A DNA stretch of 64,000 bases, taken from the human T2T-CHM13v2.0 reference genome, Homo sapiens. The notes under the pieces were generated by a model. The model searched no databases. It was not told the origin of the DNA and was given only the letters and a program-made list of their open reading frames with translations. Every line of letters starts with the position of its first letter. Position 1 is the first letter of the stretch. The translations under genes were made by a program, and so were the position numbers. The stretch lies in NCBI RefSeq assembly GCF_009914755.1, contig NC_060937.1, one strand, 5' to 3'. Shown one piece after another: positions 44,492 through 58,570 of the stretch.

Positions 44492-44900
44492 AGGCCACGC
44501 CCCTGGGTGAGGAGCACGTCTTCCCACAGATCCTAAGTCGGCCACACCCTGGGTGAGGAGCACGTCTTCCCATAGGTCCCACGTCAGCCACACCCTGGGT
44601 GAGGAGCACGTCTTCCCATAGATCCCACATCGGCCACACCCTGGGTGAGGAGCATGTCTTCCCATAGATCCCACGTCGGCCACACCCTGGGTGAGGAGCA
44701 CGTCTTCCCATAGATCCCACATCGGCCACACCCTGGGTGAGGAGCATGTCTTCCCATAGATCCCACGTCGGCCACACCCTGGGTGAGGAGCACGTCTTCC
44801 CATAGATCCCACGTCGGCCACACCCTGGGTGAGGAGCATGTCTTCCCATAGAACCCACGTCGGCCACACCCTGGGTGAGGAGCACGTCTTCCCACAGATC
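44492..44900. repeat. 46-bp VNTR, about 9 copies, in the probable GRK1 3'UTR
   Basis: Unit ggccacaccctgggtgaggagcacgtcttcccatagatcccacgtc. Confidence 0.95.
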
Positions 44901-45005
44901 TCAACAGAACTCCACATCGTCTGGTTTTGTGGAGACTTTCATATGTCCTGTCAAGTTGCCTCATGCACCTGCAGACTGTTCTTGGGAAGCAAACCTGGAC
45001 TGCAA

Positions 45006-45011
45006 AATAAA
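45006..45011 (+). terminator. GRK1: Probable GRK1 polyadenylation signal AATAAA
   Basis: First canonical AATAAA I can find after the stop codon, implying a ~2.4-kb 3'UTR. Confidence 0.6.
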
Positions 45012-45134
45012 CCTCCCGGCCTCCTCCTGTCCTGGCTCTGAGCGTCTGACACTTCTGAGACCTGGGATGTTCAGGAGGAGCTGTGGGGCGTCCAGTGCTT
45101 TTTGACATAAAACTACCCATCCAGGTGCACCTGA

Positions 45135-45772
<638 letters not shown>

Positions 45773-46063
45773 TGTTTTGTTTTCTAGAATGTTACACATC
45801 GATTAGGTAATGGCTATCAGTCTCACTTCATACACTCTGGAACATGAAAGACTCCATTTCTGATTTTTTAAACCCATTTTAACCTGCCTTGCATTCCTAT
45901 GGCCCTGGACAGGTAAGCAATCTCATCCTGGCTTCACTGGGATCAGGGGGCTTGGAGGGGCTATGAGTGGTCGCAGCAGTGGAGGGAAGCCTGGCTCCCG
46001 GTGCCAAAGAGCCCCGTGGCCCCCCCAGGCCCACCAGCAAGACCCTCTGCCTGTTTTAGGGCT

Positions 46064-46255
46064 GGGTTGCCAGACACGATACAGGACATCCCAATGAATT
46101 TCAATTTCAGATAAATAAGGAATCATTTTTTAGTGTAAGTCTATCCCATGCAGTGTTTGGGACATACTTGACCTAAAAAATGATTCATCATTTTTCTGAA
46201 ATTCAGATTTAATGGGATGTTCCGCAGTTTTCTTTTGGTTAACTCTGGCAAGCCT
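46064..46255. mobile_element. MER53-like palindromic hAT MITE
   Basis: Termini gggttgccaga...tctggcaagcct. Internal inverted aatttcagataaa / ttttctgaaatt and tcccatgca / tttgggacatactt. Confidence 0.8.
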
Positions 46256-46375
46256 GTTGCAGATTATATATTTATCTGTAAGATCAGCAGTGGTTCCACT
46301 GCACAGGCAACCTGTTGGGATAAAACCACAAAAGCAGCTTCGTTTTTGGCTTCTGCCATCTCTTGGGTCAGTTGA

Positions 46376-46760
<385 letters not shown>

Positions 46761-48267
46761 TTGTCACTTTATTTTTAAAAACTTCTAAATCTTTGTGTCC
46801 CATGGAGAAAATACATCACGAATGCTGAGTCAATGATCCTACGGAGACACCCCGGCGGGCCCTGCCCAGTTCTGGAGCTCTGACACTGCCTGCCCCCGCC
46901 TGTTTGCTCCCCACCCAGGCAGCACCAGCCTCCTCTCAGGGGCTCAGTGTGCGTGGCCCCATAATGGTCACAGCTCCACATGCGATGAGCTTTGGTGCCT
47001 CCGTTCCCGCGGGGCTGCAGTGTCTGACGGTGGCGGTGCATGTGTCTCATGCCCACCTGCCTGCAGAGTGGCCCTGCTTCCTGTGGCCAGCCTCGGCCTC
47101 TGGCTCTTCAGGGCTGAGCTGGGATGAAGGAAGGCATCCAGGGCTATTCTTGCCTGCCTGGTGCTGCTGCACGTGGCTCGGTGCCCTCCGGGCAGATGTC
47201 TCTATGGACTCTTCATCTGGGCCCTCTGTTGTGGGCAGTCTTGGGGTTTCAGGCCCCTGAATCTGGGCAAATACTCTCTCCTCAGCGGGGACGACCCCCT
47301 GCTGCCCTCCCTGGGCTCTCTCTCGGTGCTGCCTGGACCAGCAACACCCTGCTCTGCTGCCCAGGCAGCCGTCTGGCCAGTCTGGGTTTGTAATCTCCCT
47401 TGGGGTCAGCAAAGGATGGGACTGCACATCAAGAGGCCCAGGCATCTGGGCATCTGGCTGCAGTGAGGCAGGCATAGGTGCACCCTCTGCAGAGAAGCTC
47501 TCAGCTTCAATCCTCTTATCCTCAATGTAGGCCACGGCCCCCTCAGAAGCCCATGGGAATCCCTGCAAGGTGGCTTTGTCTCATCTGCGGAGGTGGCTGA
47601 TGCGATCGGCTCATGCTGGGGCCAAAAACATGGCAAGAAACGTCCCACTGTCAACCTCCCGGGCAAGCGTGTGCACCTGCAGCTCAGGGCCAGCCCACCA
47701 CACTGCCTTAGTGACACTGCAGCCGGGGGAGCCACAGGCCGCCAGCAGGCTGAGGAACAATGCCGTGTGACCTTTCCTTTTGTAAAAAACAAAAACTGCA
47801 ATTTTTATTCAAATAAAAAAAGGGTAAAAATAAAAGTTAATAAGGAAGAGTGAGTCCCTGGATTGTGATATGATTTCCAAGTCACATACTTTCCTTCAGA
47901 ATTACACACAGGTGCATACATGCGCACACACACACACCTCTACACACATACATGCATGCGACATGCCTTCATTTTCATCTCCATGTAGCTGGCAGACGTC
48001 AACATTGTCGGTCAGGGCTGAGTCCCCAGCGTCTGCACTTGCTCACGCGTCCTCCTTGTTGCAGAGAGCACCGGGAGCTTCACCCACATTCACACTGGCT
48101 CAGGGCTGTCCTGCGGGAGCTGCCTGCTTTCCCTCTGCCTCTGGCCTCCTCCCCTGGAGGAGAAACGGCTGGAGCTGCAGGCATCTCTCCCGTCCCCTCT
48201 GCGCTGCGGTGGTGCTAGGCACTCCCATGAGGGCTGGCAGAGAGAAGGAAGCCAGGGCTTCCCAGGA

Positions 48268-48562
48268 GAGACCGTGGAGCTCAGCATGGATGCATGAGAG
48301 GCCGTGGAGCTCAGCGTGGATGCAGAAGAGGCCGTGGAGCTCAGCATGGATGCATGAGAGGCCGTGGAGCTCAGCGTGGATGCATGAGAGGCCGTGGAGC
48401 TCAGCGTGGATGCAGAAGAGGCCGTGGAGCTCAGCGTGGATGCGTGAGAGGCCGTGGAGCTCAGCGTGGATGCGTGAGAGGCCGTGGAGCTCAGTGTGGA
48501 TGCCTGAGATGCTGTGGAGCTCAGCGTGGATGCGTGAGAGGCTGTGGAGCTTAGCGTGGATG
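48268..48562. repeat. 30-bp VNTR, about 10 copies
   Basis: Unit gccgtggagctcagcgtggatgcatgagag. Confidence 0.96.
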
Positions 48563-51492
48563 TGCCTATGGGGCCAGCTGGCCTCTGGGGAGGGCCGTGC
48601 CAGAGACAGCCTTGCAGGAAATTTGGGGCCGGTTCTGATAACTCCAGCAAGGGCTGCAGGCTCAGCACTTCTTATTTTATTCCTTTACTCAACTATTTAT
48701 GATATTGTCAGAGTGGCGGTTCTTTCTTTTTTCCTGTCTGCGGTCTGTGGGTTTGCTGAGTATGGAATTACCTCAATGTGAGCTCCACCACAGCGAGTCC
48801 TCGAAAAGCTGGCAGTCTCTGGCTGGGGCCCATTGTGTTTTGTTTTACAATGGGGGTCTGTCCCCTCTGTGAGTGTTTAGACACGTAAATGGGCCTCAAT
48901 TGCAAATAAAATGTACAGATTACAGGCATTATGCCAGTCAATGGAAGAGCAGTTTTGAAAGAAAACCTCAATCTGATAACATGAAATTACAAATAAATAT
49001 GAGATTGGTTCTCAGTTTCTATCTAGGCAATTTAAAATGGATATAAGAAGCCTTGATTTGATTTTTAAAAAACCAAGCCCCAATCCCCCAATTACAGTAG
49101 TGAAATGTTCTTCCAAGTTCAACCTTTTTATTTGCAAGACAAATGAGCTGAAGGCTGAATGTTACCAAGGGTGAGGCATTGTGCTGGGGTTTGAGGACGA
49201 CAGCATGGAGAGCGATGTACCTGGCATTCTCCCGCTGGCATGGGTGGGATGGCTCACTGAGCCTCAGCTCTCGGTCCCTGGCATTCTTCGGCTGGCCTTG
49301 TGGGGGCGACTGGCTGAGCCTCAGCTCTTGTCCTGTCACGTGGGTCCCAGGAGCCCCACTGCCACCCTGGCCTGTCAGTATCCGATATGCACTGTGTGCT
49401 TGGAGGCGAACTGTCCAGTGGGTCTGGTTTCACAACTGCAAAGGGCGTGGCTCTCTCCCTGCAGTGGGGTGATGCAGAGGCTGCTGCACTCTGCACTTTA
49501 GAAAAATGCCGCCTAGAACAGGAGGTGCTGGTGAGCCGCCGTTGCCCGGCTCAGGGCTGCGAGAGGGTGGGCTTCAGGCTTCCCGGGGGGTGTAATTCTG
49601 CCTTTCCTGCTGGGAGCCCTGAAGAGGTCCCTGGTCACATGGTGACAGAGGCCTTCTAGCAAAGTGCAAGGAGTGTGTTTAATTTTTAAAAATTCATGTC
49701 TCTGGGGGCACCTCCTGTCCCCTTCCTGCCCTCACCCCACACCCTGTACAGACAGGCGGGGCGGCCCCTCCCGCTCCCTCATGGCTCGGCTTACGTTATT
49801 CATCCCCTGCTCCATTTCATGGGCATTTTGTTACAGGAAGGGTCATGTTTTGCTGCCAGCACTACTGATCCCTGAGAGCTGAGAGCCAGGCCACGTGCAC
49901 ACACGGGTGCCTCAGCAACGACTCCCACCTGAGCTGGGGCCAGGATGCGGAGGCTCTGAACAAACGGGAGGAACTGAGCTTCACAGTTCACGTAACTGCC
50001 ACCTTCTTAGAGCCCACGTCATTGTCTGAGTCTTGTTGACTCACATCTGCTCAAGCCAATGGGTATTCCCAGCAGTCAGGCCCCCGTGGGTCCCCCATGT
50101 CCTCTGCCCAGCGGCCGTGGTGGGTATGGGTAGGAGAAGACCAGGCGTCCCCGTGGCCTCGGCCCAGCAGGTGCTGGTCTGAGTTTGGCAGTTTGGCCTG
50201 TATGGTCCTCCTGCAGCTTTTGTTCAGGGAGTGCCTCCTGTGAGAACTGGGGCGAAGGTCCCTGCCCTCAACGAGCTTCTTTTGAACTCAGTAGTGCCTC
50301 GGCCACCACACCCCCAATTCCTCCTGCCCTGCTTTTATGCAAAAAAGCCTCAGCTTTTGACTCTTAGAGCTCCAGGGGAGGCCCATTCCCTTGGCAGGTC
50401 CCAGCAGCTCCTTCCCCCAACAGGGCTGTGTGGTTGGGGAGGCCCCTCTCCCCAGGTGGAATCAAGGCTAATCGCCTGCCCTGATGGCCCTATCGGGTGA
50501 GTCTGGAATCATCCTGATCATTTTTCTGGAGGCTGCATGTACCTTCTTCCTCTGCTTCCTCCCCTGTTCCAGTGGGGGCCAGTAGAATCTGGGGCTCTAG
50601 GGAGGGGTCCGTGTGGGAGCTCCAGGCAGGTCTTTCTGTTTTGGTTTCTCCAAAGTCTAAACCCTAAGGAGAAAGAAGCAGGGAAAGAGGAAGAAGGGGA
50701 TTCACAGGCCTGCGCAGAAAACTAGGAAGGGCTTCCCTGGGGAGGACGGGACGGAGAGAGGGTGGCAGAGCTGGAGCAGGTGATCTCAGCGGCTCCCCAG
50801 CCAGGCCTCGCTGCAGACTTGGGGGCGCAAGCACCGGACCACACAGCACGCCCACCCTCACTGTGGCCGGAAGATCAGAGGCATGCTGGCCGTGAAAGGC
50901 CTGAGCCCCACAGTGGACACTGTGGCAAGTGTGGACCAATGGCCGATGTCTCAGCCCCACCCACTCCGGCCACCACGACACTGCACAGCCTGGACCCAGG
51001 CCAGTCCCTGTGTGAGCGTGTGTGCTTGGTGGCGTGTGTGTGCAGGCCTTGTGTGTGTGAGCATGTGCACTCTCAGTAGTGCGTGTGTGAGCGTGTGCAT
51101 ATGTGTGGGGGCGCCTGTGTGTGTGAGGGAGGCCCACGAGGTTGGCAGGCAGACAGGGGTGGGGGTGGGAGGAGAGGCACTGTGCCCTAAGACCAGCCTT
51201 GGGAGGGTGGGAGGAGAGGCGCTGTGCCCTGGTGTCTGGGGCCTGGGCCTGCCCCTCCTGGAGCTTGGGGTGGGTACTGGACGGGTTCTGGGACAGGGCG
51301 TCTTCCTGGTACTCATGCTGGAGAATCTACTGTGGGCCGCAGGAGGAAGAGGAGCTGCGATGAGGTGTTGCCAGGGCCAGGATTAGGGTTAAGGTTAGGG
51401 TTTGCCCCAGAGCCTCCTGGAATTCTACCCACTCAGCACCATCCTCCAAGGCCTGACAAATGCAGCCTCTGCCTGGAACCACTGTGGACCCC

Positions 51493-51870
51493 CAGGGAGT
51501 GGCTCACCAGCTGCTCCTCTCTGCCCCCCGGGGAGTGGTTTCACCTGCTGCTTCCCCAACCTCAGGGAGTGGCTCACCTGCTGCTCCTGTCCGCCCCCCC
51601 GGAGAGTGGTTTCACCTGCTGCTCCCCCCACTCCAGGGAATGGCTCACCTACTGCTCCCCTCCACTGGGAGTGGTTTCACTTGCTGCTCCTCTTCGCCCG
51701 CCCCCAGGAGTGGTTTCACCCACTGCTCCCCCCCGAAGGGAGTGGTTCACCCACTGCTCCTCCTGCTTGCCTGGGAGTGGTTTCACCAACTGCTCCTTCT
51801 CCCCCCAGGGAGTGGTTTCACCTGCTGCCCCTCCGCATCACCCCAAACTCACCCGCTGCTCACCCCCACC
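51493..51870. repeat. Degenerate ~30-38 bp repeat (gggagtggtttcacctgctgctcc)
   Basis: About 10 recurrences of the gagtggYtcac core with variable C-rich spacers. Confidence 0.85.
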
Positions 51871-52504
51871 ACCCCCTGCAGGCCTGGCTACTTAGAGAAC
51901 CACCTGGGGAGCTTCAAACATCCACCCCCTCCAGCGACTGATGTGCGGGGTCCGGCTGGCCTGTGTCCTGAGTATCTGGGTCCTTAGCCCCTGGGGGACC
52001 CTCAGGCGAGGCCACGGTTGACAACCCCCTGCCTGATGTGTTGATCGGTCAGTGAGCTCCTGGTCTGCACACGGGCCGGCCACATCCTGGACTTCCCCGT
52101 GAATTCTCCAGCAGGGCAGCCGTGTGGTGGGATGCTGTCACCGCTGTCTGCTTTGTCTCATCGTCTGTTCCATTTCTCTTGCTTCTTACTTCAACTGTGG
52201 ATTCTTACAGGGCAGAACTGCACGAGTCATCTTTGCACCTTGTCTAGTGTCCTGCACGTAAGGAAATCCAATACATGTGTGTTGACTGAAAGATTAACTT
52301 AAAAGTGTACATACAGATAAATGCATGCTTTCCCATTTGGAAGATGTGGTTATGTTTTGACTCAGACTTACCTGGTTTATATCTTGTTTCTCCCATTAGC
52401 TATTTGACATTGAAAAAAGTTACTGAATTCTGCGTGCTTCTGTTTCATCATCTGTGAAATGGGCGCCACATGGCAAGGCTGGGATGAGGCAGAAAGTGAA
52501 AGTG

Positions 52505-53205
52505 GCAGCCACAGCGTGAGGCATACAGTAGGCGCTCCATCCACGCTCATCCCGTCTCCCAAACCAGCCACAGGGTGAGGCATACAGTAGGTGCTCCATC
52601 CACGCTCATCCCATCTCCCAGACCAGCCACAGGGTGAGGCATACAGTAGGCGCTCCATCCACGCTCATCCCATCTCCCAGACCAGCCACAGGGTGAGGCA
52701 TACAGTAGGCGCTCCATCCACGCTCATCCCATCTCCCAGACCAGCCATAGGGTGAGGCATACAGTAGGCGCTCCATCCACGCTCATCCCATCTCCCAGAC
52801 CAGCCACAGCGTGAGGCATACAGTAGGCGCTCCATCCACGCTTGTCCCGTCCCCAGACCAGCCATAGGGTGAGGCATACAGTAGGCGCTCCATCCACGCT
52901 CGTCCTGTCCCCAAACCAGCCACAGGGTGAGGCATACAGTAGGCGCTCCATCCATGCTCGTCCTGTCCCCAAACCAGCCACAGCGTGAGGCATATAGTAG
53001 GCACTCCATCCACGCTCGTCCTGTCCCCAAACCAGCCACAGGGTGAGGCATACAGTAGGCACTCCATCCACGCTCGTCCCGTCCCCAAACCAGCCATAGG
53101 GTGAGGCATACAGTAGGCGCTCCATCCATGCTCGTCCCGTCTCCCAGACCAGCCACAGCGTGAGGTGCACAGTAGGTGCTCCATCCATGCTCATCCCGTC
53201 TCCCA
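52505..53205. repeat. 58-59 bp VNTR, about 12 copies
   Basis: Unit cagccacagggtgaggcatacagtaggcgctccatccacgctcatcccatctcccagac. Confidence 0.96.
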
Positions 53206-53285
53206 CACCCCAATTTGCCCAAAGCCTTCTGAAGGGTGTGGGAAACTTTCAGGAGTCTCTGTTGTTTCTGGGGCAACATCGGGGC

Positions 53286-53718
53286 TGTGAAAGGAAAATA
53301 AAATCTGGGGACTCCAATTCACCGCCAAAGGAAACCCTTAAAGCTGGAAGCTGAGCCCTGTGAGGAGAGGCCTTTCCTTGTGTTCCTGAGCAGGGAGCTG
53401 CCCAGCAAAGGCTCAGCGTCTTCACCAGCAGCTGCTCTGCGTTCCCCTGGCCTAGTGCAAAGTCCGACTTTCTGAGCCCAGGACAAATGCATCATTCACC
53501 ATTGTCCTGCCTGTTCCTTTCTCCTGCAATGCATGGGTTCAGTCTCGCAACCAAACCTCCCTCTTTCCCCTCCAGCCTGCATTTCCCCTTTAAAATACTG
53601 AAACCCTCAAAATCATCTTTGGAGAAAGTCACAGAGCTCTCTCCCATGTGTGCCCTTAACCTTGGCAAATGAACCTCTCAATGGATTGAGGCCTGTCTCT
53701 CATGCTTTCTGGTTTACA
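53286..53718 (+). mobile_element. Solo LTR, MER4-group (ERV1)
   Basis: Starts tgtgaaaggaaaataaaatctgggg and ends gattgaggcctgtctc...tggtttaca. 4-bp TSD gggc at 53282-53285 and 53719-53722. Confidence 0.85.
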
Positions 53719-55214
53719 GGGCCCATGTTCATGTGGAGAAAGTCAAGGTAGGAAACCTCAGGGCACTTTCATTTTCCTCTAGGCAGGAAGGAATCTGGAA
53801 TTGGGAAGGACAGCAGGCATTTTTTCTAGCGGTTCTAGCGAATTATCTTCTTACTGTCAATAACAATTTATCCAGTCTCTCTAATTATCTTCAGTCCGGC
53901 GGAAGACAGATTTCCTCATCTAATTGCCTCTTGGAAGAGCTAAAGTAAATTAAATTTAAAAAAATACCCTGATCCCAGGTGACCGCCCCTGCCAAGCTGA
54001 TCTGGGATTGCAGGAGAGGCGCTGTGGGCCACCAGCTTGGGGCCTGGGGCAGGAGCGGCTCCAGTGGCCAGATCCTAGCCAGCGTCCCTGCCCTGCAGTT
54101 AAGCACACGGGCTTTGGGGGTCCGTCCTGGGCCACAACAACCAACCTCCCAGAGCCTCAGTTTCTCGTCTTTGAAGGGGGACCGTGCTGAGATTGTTCAG
54201 GGATGGCTTTGGTTTCTGTTACTGAGGCTAAGGCCGGAGGTCCCGGCTCTCAACATGTTTTGCTCGTGTAGTCCTCAAAGAATTTTCAGAAATGTGCCAT
54301 GTCAACTTTGCATCTAAAATACTTTTGGTTTAGTTGGAAAGGGCAGCAATGTACTCACATGCCGTTTAATGCATTTCCCACAGAACGGGGATCCACAGAC
54401 GAGGTCCTTTCATCTCGGGGCTCATGGCAACACAGGCCGTGTGCGTGAGCCTGGTCGGTGCCTGAGTCTGCCCCGGCTCTGCCACTGCCTGCTGTGTGAC
54501 CCTGGGCTGCTCACGCCACTGCCCGGAGCCTTGGCTTCCTTATCTTACACGGCAGTGGTGACAGCCCCTGACGCAAGGCTGTGGCGAGTTTGAACGTGGC
54601 GCCTGGAGCAAGGCTTGGCCGGAGTTCACCAAACAGACAAAGGCGACCTGGCTGGGGAGCCAGTCAAAGCGGTTGGCAGAACCTATCTGGCTTCTGTCAG
54701 AATTGTTAGGACGTCGGGAGGTGTCCAGTGATGACCCCTCCCTCTGGGTTCTCCGGCCCTGGCGGCTGGGCATGGATGAGGAGAAGGCTGGGCCCTGTGC
54801 GAATCCTCTGGGCACAGAATCCGCCGGGCACAGATTCCGCTGGGCACAGAATCTGCCAGACACAGAATCTGCCAGGCACAGACTCGGCGATTCTCCCCTG
54901 GAGCCCGGCCTTGCCCCATGCTGTGACTGCTTCTATGTTTGGGGCCCGAGGGTCACGCAGGGAGAGCTGCACCTCAGGGAGGCTGGGCTGGGGATGGGGT
55001 TGGCTCCTCTTGGTGGCAGTCGGGTGGGAAGGGGACGCAGTGGACCTGGGGCCCTGGACTCACCCAGATCTACTGTGGGAGAGATTGCATCTGGAAATCA
55101 GGGGTCTGGATGTGATTCCCTTAGGCAATTGCACCACCTGGAAAATGTTCGTACGCCCCCAGCATGGAGGTGTCCAAGACGCCGGGACCCTCAAGGTACT
55201 GTTGTGCGTCGAAG

Positions 55215-55545
55215 CCTAACACACACACGCTTATCCCATTACAGCTCTGGGGGCCCAAGTCTAAAACGGGGCTCACAGGGCTAAGAGGGAGGTGTGAGCA
55301 GGGCCACACTGCCTCTCCTGGCTCAGGCAAGAGTCAGCACCCCTGGCTCGCAGCCCTGCCCCTCCCTGACGCTGTCCTGCCATCATGTGGCCTTAGTGTC
55401 CTCTCTGGTCACACCTCCCTCCGCCTCCCTCCCTGGGGACCTCGTGGTTACATTCTGTTATCACTTGGACAGTCCCAGATCAGTCCCCGCCTCAAGGCCC
55501 TGACCCTAATCCCATCTGCAAAGTCACTGTCTCCGTAGCACGTCA
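55215..55545 (-). mobile_element. MLT1-like (MaLR) LTR relic
   Basis: acagctctgggggcccaagtctaaa...gggcta...gcagggccacact...catctgcaaagtc resembles the recalled MLT1 consensus. Confidence 0.5.
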
Positions 55546-57289
55546 GGTGCCCAGGGACAGGCACGAGATCCTGAGTGTGCTGGGATCTTCACTCAGCCAG
55601 GCACCCCCTCAAGCGAGGGACTGAGGAAGGAGTAGTAAAGGCCACCCAGCCACGCGCATAACCACGTTTCTCCCGTAAGATCGCGGTGCTGTGCTTTTAC
55701 TGTGCCATTTCCAAGCTTGGATGTGTTTACATGCACAAATGCTTACTACAGCTCCTCCAGGGATCGGCGCAGGCACCTGCAGCACAGGTGTGCAGCCAGG
55801 GCCACACCGTGAAGCCTGGGCAGGCAGTGGGCCCTGCCCTCCAGCCGTGTGAGTCGCTGCGATGCTTGCACAGCGAGGGGAGCACAGCCATGGGAGCACA
55901 GCCACGGGAGCACCTCAGGACGCCTCCCTCAGCCATTGCTGTCCTTAGGCTTCTGTGGGAAGAGACTTAGGGTGTTGGTTCCCACCCTGGGCCCTGTTCT
56001 ATCCCATTCCTGAGGGCCCAGGGACAGGGCTGTTCCCACGTCCGAGGAAAGCAGCTTCCAGGGGAGCAACGGAGGGGCCTGTCCCTGGGAGGGGCTCAGC
56101 CAGGCCGCAGGGACCTCACGAGGAGGCCTGGGATGAGGACACTCTCACCTTCCTCCGCCCCTTCATCTCCTGCTGGTGCCTGACTCTGTGGGCGCCCACG
56201 GGGCAGGCTCCGGGCCACTCCGGAGCGCAGGGCGGGTGGAGGAGGAAGGGTGTGGGGGCAGGTGGCGGGAACCACACAGGCCTCAGTGGAGCCGGTGCCT
56301 TCATCTCAGAGGTCCTCATGGCAGCACTGTTGCCCCAGGAGGTGTCTGGGGACATGTGTGGGGGTCAGGGTCTTGCTACAGGGCAGGGGCACCATGGGTG
56401 TTCGCCGTGGGGCTGGGAGGCAGAGCCTACACCTGGGCACAGTCCTGCAGACCTAGCACCCATGAGCCACGGCCGCCTCGCCTGCCCTCATGCTGGCCTC
56501 AGGTGCCCCTCACAGGTTGACACACCCGGCTCACTGTCCCCAGCACCACACTCCTCGGGGATGGCTGCGGCTGGCGTGGGTACTCTCTGCAGCTGTGCTG
56601 ACCCCACAATGGGGTTGGCTTTGTGGGAGTCGAGCCCCATGTACGTCATCAAGGGCTTCCATGCCCTGGGCTATGTTGCTGCTGGTGGGACTGAGCCCTT
56701 GCTCAGACTGTGGGAAGAGCCACTTCAGGCCTCACCCAAGACAGCCCAGAGGCTGGAGTGGCCTCTCCCCACCAGGTCTGTGCAGGTCGGTGCCCCAGAG
56801 GCCCCGCTCACACAGGAACAGGGCGGCTGACTCCCTGCACCCCTGGGGGCCCCGTGAGGTGCTTCCTTCGAGGGTCATGGGGTGGAGTGGGCAGAGCACG
56901 GCTCCCAGGCGCAGGCCCGTGTGCCTCCCTCCAGCCCCCAAGTGCTCCTGGAAGTTTTCCCGGGGTCTCCACACATCTATTTATGTCTGGCCTGTTTGAA
57001 ACAGGACCCAGCAGGGCCGTGTCCGGCACCTTGTTTATCTGCCCAGACTCTTCGGGCTGTGCATTTGTTGAAGCGTTGGCATCATTTGTTCCACAGAACA
57101 GCAGTTCTTCACGTGTGGTCCTTTGGGTGTTTTCAGGGGGGTCTCCAAGACCAGCACAGTCATCTCGGGCCCCTTGCCTTTTTCTCTGTGTTGACATTCG
57201 CGGCAATGGCAGAGGGCTGATGGTGGGACACCTGCTGGTGCCTGGGCCCAGATCAAGGTGGCTTTGAGCTCGTGAGGCTTCTCGCCACC

Positions 57290-57745
57290 ATCGCCAGCAG
57301 CATTCGGCAGTGACGTTCCTTGTGATGGAGCTGGAGGTTTGCGCACAGTGCTTTGTGTGTGCCATGTGGGCGTCTGGCAGCCAAGCTGAACCAAGCTCCT
57401 TTATTCTTGCAACACCAGTTTCCATGGAACAAACAGCGAACAGCCCTGCATACCCAGGCTTGGGTGTTTTCCTGAAAACAACCAAGTAAGCCCATCCCTG
57501 TAAGGAAAACAGCTGGGAGTATCTGGCACCAATGATACAATGTTGAGCTTTCAAATGACAAGAGGAATTTTTGAAAACTTGTTTCTCGCATTGTGAGTGT
57601 GACAGCTTCCGAATAATTCTCCACATGACCAGCGTGTGATTCCTCAAAATCATGCATAGGTAAAAGACCCATTCAAAGAGCAAAGGGGGCCAGTGGATTT
57701 TCATGAACAAAACTCACGCTCAATGAATGCAGAAAGTTGTCTCCA
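57290..57745. mobile_element. Charlie1-like hAT transposon relic
   Basis: atgaccagcgtgtgattcctcaaaatcatgcataggtaaaagacccattcaaag...ccagtggatttt resembles recalled Charlie1. Confidence 0.65.
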
Positions 57746-57759
57746 CACACAAGCATTTA

Positions 57760-58570
57760 TGTGTTTGTGAATGTGTGTCTCTGTGTACGTGTGTGTGCAT
57801 GTCTGTGTGTGGTGTGAGTGCATGTGCACGTGTGTGCGCATGTGTTTGTGTCTGTGTGTGCATGTTTGTGCAGTGTGGTGTATGTGCGTGTCTGTGTGCC
57901 TGCATGCATGTGTACGTGTGTGACTGCGTGTGTGTGCGTGTGTGTGCACGTGTATGTCCATGTTTGTGTGTGTGCATGTGTATGTGAGTGCATGTCTGTG
58001 TCTGTGTGGTGTGTGTACATGTGTGCATGCATGTTTGCATTTGCATGTGTGCATATCTGCATGTGTGCATATATGTGCACGTGTGCGCATGTTTGGGTGT
58101 GTCTGTACGTGTGAGTGCATGTCTGTGTGGTGTGTGTACATGTGTGCATGCATGTTTGCATGTGTACGCATGTGCACATGTGTGCATATACGTGTGCATA
58201 TCTGCATATGTGCATGTATATACGCATGTGTGTATGTGCATATTTGTGTGTGCATGTGTGGTTGCATGACTGGTGTGTGTACATGTGTGTGCATGTACAT
58301 GCGTGCATCTGCGTGTGTGCATGTATGTGCACACGTGTGTATGTGCATGTGTGTGTGCGTGTGAGTGCATGTCTGTATCTCTGTGTGGTGTGTGAGTACG
58401 TGTGCATGCATGTGTGCGTGTGCACATGTGTGTGCGTGTGTGTGCATGGGCACGTCTGTCTCTGTGGTGTGAGTGCATGTGTGTGCATGGGCATGTCTGT
58501 GTCTCTGTGGTGTGTGTGCATGTCTGCGAGTGTGCATATGTCTGTGTCTCTGAGTGGTGGGTGCACACGT
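57760..58570. repeat. TG/CA-rich low-complexity tract
   Basis: About 800 bp of tgtgcatg variants. Confidence 0.95.

Noticed and set aside
47870-48781. 303-aa ORF containing RPWSSAWM repeats
   Set aside because: Length is inflated by the in-frame 30-bp VNTR and a CA tract, with no recognisable homology.
55800-58400. Possible annotated lncRNA downstream of GRK1 (LINC00552, from memory) and ~290-300 aa ORFs here
   Set aside because: I cannot define exons or a promoter from sequence. The ORFs are GC-rich or overlap a Charlie relic and show no protein family signature.
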